A stretch of DNA of 50,237 nucleotides, filler included, from Jimgerdemannia flammicorona (GCA_003990765.1; 2 parts of 2 records of this genome joined end to end with filler, not necessarily neighbours in it); one strand, 5' to 3'. Numbered from the whole stretch's first letter, positions 38,940-50,237 are shown. The notes: generated by a model from the letters alone, not told the origin. Numbers and translations: made by a program.

Positions 38940-39059
38940 ACTTGGTGCCCATTGGCTGGTGATTCAAGATGAATCCCTCACTTTCAAGCTAAATAACAAA
39001 CAACTATCCCTACCCAAACAACCATACAAACTGAGCCCCAATACCCAGACAAGATAGAT

Positions 39060-42000
39060 ATGAGACCACCAGTATTCCATAGATATACCTCAGATGAATC
39101 AATCATCACCTTCATTGATAATTTTGAGCAGTATGTCACTGTAAGGATCCTGACAGCAGCACAGCAAGTAGCCCTCATGCCCTTCAGCCTATGAGGTCCT
39201 GCCAGAGCAGCATTCACAGCCACAACCTATACAGGAAATGATACTGATACTATACTGACAGTACAGAAGACCTGGCTCTGAAATACATATTATACAGATG
39301 AGATCAAGCAAGCTCTGAAGGATCAGCTCAATACAACATACCAAGGAATAAGTAAGGATCCAAACACATTCTATACCAGAATTCAATATCAGATAATTCT
39401 CGTAGATTATACTGCTGCTACATATCTAAGATCAAGTAGCTGAAGCAACCTTCATGAAAGGAGTCTACCCAGAAATAGCTATGGCCATCTGCTTATCACC
39501 AGTGATTCTGGATCTGCTACAGAAGGTCACCTATGCTCAGCAATACTGGATAGCCAGACACCCACAAGACTATACAATAGAGAGAGTTACAGGAGTCAGA
39601 ATCGAAGTATCTAAGTCAACCAGTGTGATCTCCACCACAATGATCAATCGAAACACACCTCAGTCCAAAGCTATAGAGCAGCAAAAGAACAGTGACCCTT
39701 TGGAGGAACTTACCAAGAGGTTCGCAGAAATGACTGCCCACTTGGGGGATGTAGTAAAGGAGATCAGAGGAAGAGACTGCTGCTCTGTCCAGAAGTTTGC
39801 TGCCACCTCAGACAAGAAGAAAGGCACCTGCAATACTTGTGGAGAAGAAGGCCACTACTCCTATGAATGCATGAGTGAAACTAAGTGCAAGGCTCAACCA
39901 AGCAATGCTATATAAAACAAGGAGCAGGCCAATACAATTACCTTTGAGAAAATTGGAGATTCTGATGAAGAAGAATGGGAGGCCTATCCTGCTCAGACTA
40001 CTAAGAAGGATGTTCACAAGGAACCCTACAAGAGACCACCAGGAAGACTCAAGAAGAACCCAGTAGAAAAGCAGATGGAAATGGTCACCAAAAGCCAAGC
40101 TGAAGAGATGGACCAAGATATGAAGCTTGAGCAAGTAGTTCAAGATACATATTATCCAAGGAACTACCCCAGCCAGCAAAGGAGAAAAAGAAAAGAAACT
40201 TTGCAAGATCAAGACATTCAAGTATGATATCTTCAAGGATCTTAGCCAACAAAAGATCAATGCAACCTTTGGTCAGCTCGCAGAAATCCCAACATTTAGA
40301 TAATAAATGAGGTTCAGACTCGCCGAAACAACTAAGGAGTAAGGATGGAAGATAACCAAGACCAATAATATTCAAGAGGACTCAGGAGAAGAAAGTGAAG
40401 ACAATCGCAAAACCTCTGCCTATGCAATATGCCAAATCGAAGATAGAATCTTTGAAGCCATCATTGATACTGGAGCAGGAGAATGCCTTCTCAGCAAGAA
40501 GACAGCAGACTGCCTAGGTTGAAAGGTTGAAGAAGCAACCAAGTTGGTGTTTGTTACAGCAGATGGCACAAGAGCCACCCCTCTGGGAAAGATCCAAGAT
40601 GTCCCCATCAAGATTAGAGGAGCAACCATCCCAGTAGATGTAATCATAACCAATGCCACAAACTATGACATCCTTATTGGCAATCAATAGCTTCACAAAG
40701 CCAGGGCAGTAATCGACCTCAATGCTCAGAAGATGCAAATCACCTATTGGGGACAGAAGATACAAATTTCCATCAATATCAACAAAGGAGTCTTGCCTGA
40801 TATGGAGGAAGAAGAGAGCGAGCAGGAGGAAGCTTATATGGTAACCATTCCAAAGAGGAAAGTAGGATGGATGAGTGAAGAAGAATGGTGCAAGAAGATC
40901 ACAGAAGGCTATGCACCACAAGGAGTCTGTCCTCACAGGATCAAGATATACTGTATGGAGCATGTCAATGATTGCTATCAATGCACCATCAGAATCAGAA
41001 AGATTCACTAGGAAAGAAGACAGAAGGCTCTTGAAAAACAGGTTAGAGAAGAAAAGAAGGAGGAAGATGACAAACCACCAGCCCTCCTGGAGAACAGTGA
41101 TGATGAAGAAATCAATGTCAAGATTCGAAGAACCCACCCTGATGCAGTTCTGCCAGAATACAAGTTAGAAAATGCAGCTGGAATAGACATTGTTACAGTA
41201 GAAGAAGTCATACTGGAACTCCAGACAACCACCCTACTTGTAACTGGACTGGAAATGACCATTCCAAAAGACCATGTTGGGATCCTCAAGACAAGAAGCA
41301 GCCTGGCCAGAAGCAAAATTATGATTGAAGGAGGAGTCATCGATTCTGACTATACTGGAGAAATCCTGCTCATTGCTAGAAATCACAATCCTATAATCCC
41401 ATTCCCAGTCAAGAAGAAGGACTGATTGGCATAGATGCTGATCTTCCCAATCCTACAACCAAGGATTATAGAAGTCAAGAATCTGGAGGAAATGAAAAGA
41501 GGAAAGAAAGGATTTGGATCCATAGGAAGAGGAGTATTCACCAGTACCAAGATCACCAAACTGAAGCATAAGAAGGAGAAAAATACAAACAAGCACAGCT
41601 ATACCATTGGAAATGAATTCCCACTCAAGGGGGAACTCAAGAAAATACTCCATGAATTTGAGGATGTCCTTGCCACAGACTTCAAGGATATCAAAGGAAA
41701 GACTCCACACTACTATTATGAGGTAGATACCGGAGACATCAAACCAATTTACCAGAAGGCAAGACCTGTCCCACCAGCTTACCGAGAATGGCTCAGAGAA
41801 GAAATCAAGCAGATGGAAGAAGCTGGTATTATCAAAGAAGCCAGCAGTCTCTGGTCTTCACCAGTTGTACTAGCCCTGAAAAAAGGAAGCAACCCTGGAG
41901 AATTTGCCCTAAGACTCTGTGTTGACTACAGAAAGCTCAATGTAGTTATCAAGAAGGATTGCCAACCACTGCCCCTCATCAGTGACATTCTTATAACACT

Positions 42001-43048
42001 GGGAGACGAAGCACAGTACTACAGCACCTTAGACTTATACTCAGGATTCCACCAAATCGGACTCACAGAGATGGAAAGTGAAAAGTCAGCCTTCATCACT
42101 CCAGACAGAACCTACATCTACCTATAAATACCATTCAGGATGTACAATATACCAGCAAGCTTTCAGCAAATGATGAACAAAATCTTCCACTATAATATAG
42201 GAAGATGGATGATGGTCTATATTGATGATGTAATCATCTACAGCAAGATACCTGAGGAACATCTGCAGCACATATGGCAGATAATGGAGAGACTAAGACA
42301 ACATGGCCTTTACATCAAACCCAAGAAGTACAAGTTTGCAGAAATCGAGATCTCCTACCTTAGCCATATTATCAATCAAGATGAAACATACATGGACCCC
42401 CTCAAGATACAAGTAGTAGCAGCATACCCAAGGCCCACCACTGTTACAGAAGCCCAAGCCTTCATGGGACTTGCCTCCTACTATCGCAGATTTATTAGAG
42501 GATTCTCCAACATTGCAAGTCCAATCTATGAACTCAATAAGAAGGATACCAAGTTCCAGTGGACTGGCAGACAACAAAAAGTATTTGATAAACTCAAGAT
42601 CAGACTAACTCAGACACCCATCCTCAGATGACCCAATTGGACTCAAGAATTCATTCTGCAGACAGATGCAAGTGCACAGGGACTAGGAGTAGTCCTAGCT
42701 TAGAAAGAAGACAAAAAAGAGTATATCATTGCATACCTTAGCCATGGAACCTGAGGAGCTGAAAAAGAATATGAATCCTACAAGTTGGAATGCCTTGCAG
42801 TTATTTGGGCTGTAGAAAAGTTCCACTACTATCTGGCTGGAAGACACTTCACCATTCAGACAGACCACTCAGCTCTTACCTGGCTACTGACAACCAGACA
42901 ACCCAAAGGAATCTATGCTAGATGGATAATGAAGCTACAAGCCTATGATGTAACCATTGTACACTGCCCTGGAAGAACAAATTCCAATATAGATGCTCTC
43001 TCACAGATACCCCAAAACACTGTCAACCAACAAATCAATCATGAATAA
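39060..43048 (+). pseudogene. B gag-PR-dUTPase-RT-RNaseH pseudogene
   Basis: CNTCGEEGHYSYEC; IIDTGAG; AAGIDI, TRSS, GGVIDSDYTGE, RGKKGFGSIG; RLCVDYRKLN, YIDDVIIY; LQTDAS, NIDALSQ; ends INHE*. Confidence 0.93.
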
Positions 43049-44244
43049 AGAACTTTACTATGGAATTATCACATATCTGAGATAGCGAAAGATATCCCAA
43101 CATCTGGAAGAATGGATGCAAATGATTATCAATAGAACATGGAAACAATTTGAAACTGACAGATAAATACTGAAGAAAGGAAAACTACTAGTCATACTAG
43201 AACATAAGAAGGAGCAAAGCAATGAAATCAGTATATGAACTTGACCATCTAGGAGGAATGAATACATATGATAAGGCAAGAAGAACAATATGGTGGCCAG
43301 GAATGGAGGAAGATATCAGACAATTTGTCAAAACTTGTGACAAATACTAGAAACAGAAGCAAGACCAATGAAACCAAGCCCTGGGATCAGCATATATAGA
43401 ACCAGTACCATTTGCCCACATAGTAATGGATGTAATCAGCCCTCTACCCTTGACCCTGACTGGTAACTGATATATCATTGTCATCATAGACCTTTTTATG
43501 AAGTGAATAGAAGCAGGACCCCTCAAGGAAGCCAATGCACAGTAAATTGCCAATTTCTTCTACAAAGAAATCATCTGCCAGTTTAAGACCCCAATACAAG
43601 TAACTATAGATAGAGGAACAGAATTCATAAACCAGTTCTTTGAGGTTCTCTACAAGAAGTACAAGATCCAGCACATTCAGACCACAGCCTATCACCCCCA
43701 AGGAAACAGATAAGCAGAAAGGACCAATAAGACCCTCAAGAATGTTATTGCCAAGATCTGTGATAACTATGAAAACTGGGATCACTATCTGCCAATAACA
43801 TTATCTGCTCTCTGGGATATCAGATCACAAAGTACCCACTTTACTCCTTGGGAAATGCTGTTCAGAGAAGAAAGTTCTTGAGAAACCCTATCATCTAATA
43901 GAGATACTATATGGAGACATATGGATGGAGAAATACAGAGGCTACACTAAATCAGAAAGAAGGCTGAGGATTACATAATGAAAGCACAGGCACTACAACA
44001 GAAGAATGCAGAAAAAACCCACAAGCTCTTAGAGATTATCAAGATAGGAGACAAAGTCCTAGTGTATCAGAACATGGTAGAAGCCTCATGGTCATGAAAA
44101 CTAGAGCCTAAGTGGAAAGGACCTTACCTTATACAAGATATAAAAGGAACCACCTTTTGGCTATGAAAACTCTCAGGTACAATCATCCCCACTACCATCT
44201 ACCAAAACTAACTTAAGAAGTATTATGACCAGTCAACGAAGTAA
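43041..44244 (+). pseudogene. B integrase, separate frame
   Basis: MNKELYYGIITYL..HLGG..CDK..MDVISPLP..TIDRGTEF..AERTNKTLK..KLEPKWKGPY..LKKYYDQSTK*. Confidence 0.9.
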
Positions 44245-44752
44245 TACTGCTGCTCTCAGAATTACTAGTGCAGCCCAGTGAACCATCAAAAGACAGTGGT
44301 GTCCCACTGAGCCACCAACAATGGAAGAATCCTTTGATAGTATCTAGAGTATAGTGCAAACACACTTATTATGAATCTCACATTTCAAGGCCTACCAGAA
44401 CTGAACTGAGTTCCAGGAATACTTCAAGTTAGGACAGCTACTGAATTCAAGACCGAAGATGGGAAAAGAAGACTGGATCAGAGAATATCAGCTCTCCTAC
44501 ATTCAGATCACAATTGCAAAAAGAGTGCACAAGTTATTCAAAGACAATGAGTCAGCCTTAGCCCATTTCTGAGGAGTAACCACCTCAGGAGACTTTGGAT
44601 ATATCAAGAGATAATATTGGAAGGATGTAATGATACAAATTGCATAGTATAAGGAAATACAAATCATAGAAGCCTGGGAATTCGAGTGAATAGAATGCTC
44701 CCAAGATGAATCACCTATTCAGAAGGAAGATGTGATGGCTGATCCAAATTAG
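44225..44752 (+). pseudogene. Putative ORF3 (accessory gene, about 175 aa) between integrase and the 3' LTR
   Basis: One frame reads FQEYFKLGQLL..ITIAKRVHKLFKD..GVTTSGDF, resembling the family A LTR ORF; 8 internal stops; start codon uncertain. Confidence 0.6.
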
Positions 44753-45201
44753 TAATATGAAACAGGGGAATTAGACATTTGATCATGGTACCTGAATCCA
44801 ATTCCTAATATAGCTTAGTCTCATAAATAGCAGCCACATTTTGCAAAGTGTAGAAACTTTAACATTTGCAAAGATTTAGGAGATGTTAGAATCTTCGCGA
44901 TTAGCAAAATCTTAGCAGATGTTAAAAGATTCAGCACTTATGAATTGAGCCATTACTTAGCTACCTTATAGTTAGCAAAACTTATATAAATAACCCAGTA
45001 TCTTAGAGTGAATAAACCTCAGATCGAAATAGTTCAAAGTAAAGAGATAGCAAAGAAACTAGTAAGCCTGTGGGCAGATACACTTCAAACTCACCCACCC
45101 TCCCCTGCAACTCAAAGGACTCTGCAAGAGTCAGAGAAGATCAAGTTTTTAAGATACAGAAATCCGACATACTTTCAAGAGTAAGCATCCACTATGTTAC
45201 A
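44731..45201 (+). repeat. B 3' LTR (471 bp)
   Basis: Direct repeat of 38469-38939. Confidence 0.96.
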
Positions 45202-48200
45202 ATAGCTTTTCTTTCTTTAATATTTCTCTATTAGTTTTGAATTATTTCTATATTCTGTTAATAATTATTTATATTCATTCTTTTAGATATTGAGACATCT
45301 TTTACTATTTCAGATAAGTAATAATTCTATAATAGAGCTCCTTATTTATAGTTGGATTACTAGTTGAGAATTCTTCAGAGTATTTATGAGAAGATATCTA
45401 TATTGATATTGGTTCTTCTAGGATAGTATACATATGATAGTTATATTATAGACTTATAACTTTATAATCCATCTGATATATATATATTTCTTTGGGTTAT
45501 CTGATAGTTAGTAGCTAAGTATAGATTATATAGTCTATCTATATAGTGAAGTATCTTCTAGTAAGATAGTAGTGAAACTTTTCTATAGTTCAGATAACTG
45601 TAATATATTCTAACTTATATAATTTATATTCTTTTTTAGCTCCTCAGGTTTCTCTACTGAGATATATAATGATATACTCTACTTTATCTTTTTTCTAAAC
45701 TAAGACTACTTCTAGTCTTTATGTACTTATATATATCTATAAGATGAATTCCTGAGTCCAATTAGATCTTCTCAGAATAAATACCTGGGTCAGTCTAATC
45801 TTGAGTTTATTGAATATTTTCTATTATCTATTAGTCTATTAAAACTTGATATCTTTTCTATTGAGTTTATAAATTAGATCTATAATATTAAAAAATCCTC
45901 TAATAAATCTATATTAATATGAGATAAGTCTCATAAAGGCTTGAGCTTTTATAATAGTAGTAGGTCTTAAATATACTACTACTGCTTGAATCTTGAAAGA
46001 GTTTGTATATATTCCATCTTAATTGATAATGTAGCTAAGGTAAAAAATCTCAATTTCTACAAACTTGTACTTCTTGAGCTTGATATATAGACTGTGATTT
46101 CTCAATTTCTCCATTATCTGTTAAATATACTATAGATACTCTTCTGATATCTTATTATAGATAATTATATTATCTATATAAATTATTATCCATTTTCTCA
46201 TATTTACTAGAAGATTTTATTTATCATTTGCTGGAAACTTACTAAAGTATTACATATTCTAAATAGCATTAGCAGGTAGATATCAGTTCTATCTGGAGTA
46301 ATGAAGGCTGATTTTTTACTTGCTGCTTCTGTGAGACTGATTTAGTAGAATTCTGAATATAAATTCAAGGTGCTGTAATATTATACTTTATCTCTCAGAG
46401 TTATGAGAATATCACTGATAAGAGATAGTAGTTAGTAATTCTTCTTAGTAATCAGATTAAGCTTCTTATAATCAGTACAGAGTTTTGAGAAAAATTCTCC
46501 TAGTTTACTTCCTTTCTTTAAAGCTAGTATAACTGGTAAAGCCCAGGGGTTACTGGTTTTTTTTTTGATAATATTAGCTTTTTCTATCTGTTTGATTTCT
46601 TCTCTAAGCCATTTGTAGTAAGCTGATGAGATGAGTCTTGTCTTCTGATAGATTGGTTTGATATCTTCTATATTTATATTATAGTAGTAGTATGGTATCT
46701 TTTCTTTAATATTCTTAAAATTGGTAGTAAGAATATCTTTAAATTTATAGAGTATCTTCTTGAGTTTCTTCTTGAGTGGGAATTTATTTTCAATAGTATA
46801 ACTATACTTATTTATAGTTTTCTCCTTCTTGTAGTTTAGTTTGATAATCTTAGTATTAATGAGTACTTCTCTTTCAGTAGATCTAAATTCTTCCCTTCCT
46901 CTTTCTGTTTCCTCCAACTTCTTGACTTCTATGATCTTTAGCTAAAGGACCAGAAAGATTAATATCTGTATCAGTTAGTCCTTCTTCTTGATTAAGAATA
47001 GAATTGTAGGATTGTAGTTTCTAGCAATAAGTAGTATTTCTCTAATATAGTCTAAATTGATGACTTCTCCTTTAATAGTAATATTGCTTTTAGCTAGACT
47101 ACTTCTTGTCTTGAGAATTCTAATATAGTCTTTTGGAATAGTTATCTCTAGACCAGTTGTAAGTAGGATAGTTGTCTAAAGTTTGAGTGCAGTTTTCTCT
47201 ACTATAGCAATATATATTCTAGCTAAATTTGCTAGCTTATATTATATCAAAATAAATTTTCTAAATTTTGATCTTGATTTTTTCATCATAATCATTATCT
47301 TCTAGAAGAGCAAGTAGTTTATTATTATCTTCTTTCTTCTTTGTCTTTTCTTATTCTTTGAGGGCCTTTTCTCTTTTTTGATAATAGATTTTCTTTACTC
47401 TAATAGTATACTTATAATAGTTATTGACATGCTTTATACAATAAATTCTGATCTTATGTAGGCAGACTTCTTGGAATATATATCTTTTAATAATCTTATA
47501 CCAGTCTTCTTTACTCATCTATTCAATTTTTTTTTTTTTTTTTTTTTTTTTTCTAAGTGGTCACCATATAAGCTTCTTCTTACTCACTTTCTCCTTCCTC
47601 TATCTTGAAGAGTACTCTTTTGTTGATATTAATAGAAATTTATATCTTCTATCTATAGTAAATAATTTATATCTTCTAAGTATTCAGGTTAATTATTACC
47701 CTAGCTTTATGAAGCTACTGATTGCTAATAAGAATATCATAGTTGGTAGTATTGATTATGATCACATCTACTAGAATAGTTACTCCTCTAAAATTGATAG
47801 GAATATCTCAGATCTTTCTCAGAGATATGGCTCTTATACTATCTACTATAATAAATACTAACTTATTGTTTCTTCAACCTCCCAACCTAGGCAATCTGCT
47901 GTCTTCTTATTGAGAAGATATTCTCTTACTTTAGTATCAATGATGACTTCAAAGACTTTATCCTTAATCTGATAGATTATATAGACAGAGGTCTTGCAAT
48001 TGTTTTTACTCTCTTCTCTAGAGTCTTCTTGAACATTATTAGTCTCAGTTATCTTCCAATATTAGTCCTTAGTTGTCTTAGTAAGTTCTAATCTTATTTA
48101 CTATCTAAATATGAGAATTTCTACTAACTGACAAAAGGTTATATTGACTTTTTATTAGCTGAGATCATTGAAGATATCATACTTGAAAGTTTTGATCTTA

Positions 48201-49584
48201 TAAAGTTTTTTCTCCTTTTCTTCTTCACTAGCTAGAGCTAGAGTAGTTTCTTGAATAATATCTTGAACTACTTACTCAAGCTCTATATCTTGGTCTATTT
48301 CTTTAGCTTGACTTTCTGTAATAGTCTTTATCTGTTTTTTTTACTAAATTCTTCTTAGATCTTTCTGATAGTCTCTTATAGGATTCTCTGTAGATATTCT
48401 TCTTAGCAGTCTGAGTAGAATAGGTCTCTCATTCTTCTTCATTAGACTCTTCAATTTCTTTGAAGATGATAATATTGATCTGTTCTTTATTTTGAGTAAT
48501 ATTGCTTAGCTGAGCCTTATACTTAGTCTTACTTATATATTTGTATAAGTAGTGGTCTTTTTCTCTACAGATATAGTAGATATATCTCTTCTTATTTAAG
48601 GTAATAGCAAACTTCTGAACTAGGTGACAGTCTCTTCCTCTGATTTCCTTTATTAAGTCTTCTAGATAGATAGTTATTTCAGCAAACTTCTTAGTGAGTT
48701 TTTTTATAGAGTTACTATTTCTTTATTATTTTATATTCTTTGACTATAGTGTGTTCTAATTAATTATTATAGTGAAGATTATACTAGTTATCTTGAGTGC
48801 TTCAATTCTAACTTCAGTGACTCTTTCTATTATATAAGTTTATAGATATCTGACTATTCAATATTGCTGAACATAAGTAACTTTCTATTATAGATCCAGA
48901 ACTACTAGTAATAAGTAGATAACTATGACTATCTCTAGATATATTTCTTTCATAAAGGTTACTTCAGCTACTTGGTCTCAAATAGTATTAGCATAATCTG
49001 TAAGGATTATATAATATCAGATTCTAGTATAGAATGTATTTGGATCCTCACTCATTTCTTAGTATATTATATTGAGCTAATCTTTTAGAGCTTACTTAAT
49101 CTTATCTATATAATAGATAGTTCAGAGCCAGGTCTTTTTTACTGCTAGCATAGTATTATAATCTACTTCTATATAAGTTATAACTATGAATACTACTCTT
49201 GCTGGGCCTTAGAGACTAAAGAATATAAGGGCTACTTGTTGTCTTACTGTTAGAGTTCTTATAGTAATATATTACTCAAAATTATCAATAAAGATAATAT
49301 ATTTAATTCATCTGAAGTATATCTATAGAATATTAGTAGTCTTATATCTATCTTATCTAGATGTCTTAATTTAATTTATATAATTGTTTAGATAATAGTA
49401 ATTATTCATTATTTAGCTTAAAAGTGAGGAATTTATCTCAAATTATCAGCTAATAGATATTAAGTTATAATATAGTAAATATCTAATCTCAGAAATATAG
49501 TAGATTTCTGTATCATAAAACTTGATCTTGTTCTGACTCTTGCAGAGTCCTCAGAGTAGAGGTGTAAGTTCAAAGTATATCTAT

Positions 49585-50237
49585 TGTAACGGTGACCCCG
49601 GAATGATGACATCAGCACAGGAGACAGCCTTTCTTTACAAGCCACCAGATCAGAGTATAAGAAGATCATACGGCATGCGAGATGAGCAATGATGACTAAC
49701 TGTGAGTCATTGTGACCACAGCACAAGCATCCTGAAGAATATAAAAGAAGGATCAAGGAACCGCAGTAGCAGCAGCCAACAAGAACCCCAATCCCAAAAT
49801 AGCTCAAAGACTTACCACAAACAAAATGCCTGCCGCCCACCAAACCTCAAGGTCAAGGAATCATCAAGGTATCTCGGTCGAGGAAAGGATGTTTCAAGAC
49901 ATCAGAAGAGCCATGAGGACCTGCTCAAGAAGGACTCCTAGCGTCAACCTGGGTACTGCAGACCCTTATCACTTTATCCTCTACTGCTGTGAAATGGAAA
50001 CAAGGATCACCATTGCCACCGAATGCCTCCAAATGTGGCAGGAATACAAAATAGGAAACCTCCTCTGCCGGGAGTTCCCACAGGCCAGCCCATAAGAGCT
50101 ACAAGATGCCACCCCCATAGACCTACGTGAGGCAAGGACAGCAAAGAAGATCCATCAGATCTTCAGGCATGCACCATGGTCGATCCCCAACTTGGAGTAT
50201 GTTAGAGTCTCAGACTTCAGAGACCTGTCATCCCACC
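49585..50237 (+). mobile_element. Family A copy A4, start of an LTR (least decayed copy), inserted into the LTR of B'; U3 ORF begins at 49826
   Basis: TGTAACGGTGACCCCGGAATGATGAC; preceded by CTAT; retains CpGs lost in other copies. Confidence 0.92.

Larger units (their letters stand above)
38469..45201 (+). mobile_element. Ty3/Gypsy family B element, full length (6733 bp), degenerate
   Basis: 471-bp LTRs TGTGATGG...ATGTTACA; TSD ATAG at 38465-38468 and 45202-45205; PBS 38943; PPT AGAAGGAAGA at 44721-44730. Confidence 0.96.
28847..49584 (-). mobile_element. Old family B copy (B'), host of the nest; surviving pieces 28847-29071, 37758-38468, 45202-49584
   Basis: Reverse complements align in order to element B (IN C-terminus; IN core; RH-RT-dUTPase-PR-gag, decayed PBS at about 49441-49465, LTR end from 49466); pieces rejoin across TSDs; extreme C>T/G>A decay. 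Confidence 0.88.

Noticed and set aside
47527..47552. Poly(T) run as a retroposed tail
   Set aside because: It replaces an A/G-rich coding stretch (CAAAGAGGAAA in B) without a TSD; better explained by G>A decay plus slippage.

Overview
Eukaryotic heterochromatin-like window, probably fungal (inference), made entirely of decayed transposable elements. No host gene, rRNA, tRNA or CRISPR array is recognisable, and no element keeps an intact long ORF. Contents: two minus-strand L1/Tx1-type LINEs plus a third ORF1 fragment; a small internally deleted Ty1/Copia relic; a CpG-rich solo LTR; a hAT-type MITE; an artificial 100-bp scaffold spacer; and six copies of a non-chromoviral Ty3/Gypsy lineage. 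The Gypsy copies fall into family A (about 1.5-1.6 kb LTRs; copies A1-A4) and family B (471-bp LTRs; copy B and an old host copy B' that carries four nested insertions). Comparing copies by eye and reverting C>T/G>A decay gives an unusual architecture. (i) One gag-PR-[Cys/His module]-dUTPase-RT-RNaseH ORF. (ii) Integrase in a separate reading frame that starts in a cATGAATAA start/stop overlap, present in four copies and decayed in the fifth. (iii) An accessory gene that sits between integrase and the PPT in family B but lies inside LTR U3 in family A. (iv) 4-bp TSDs biased to CTAT/ATAG. (v) A shared PBS-plus-hairpin leader despite unrelated LTRs. All alignments were done by eye and no database search was possible, so novelty claims are unverified.
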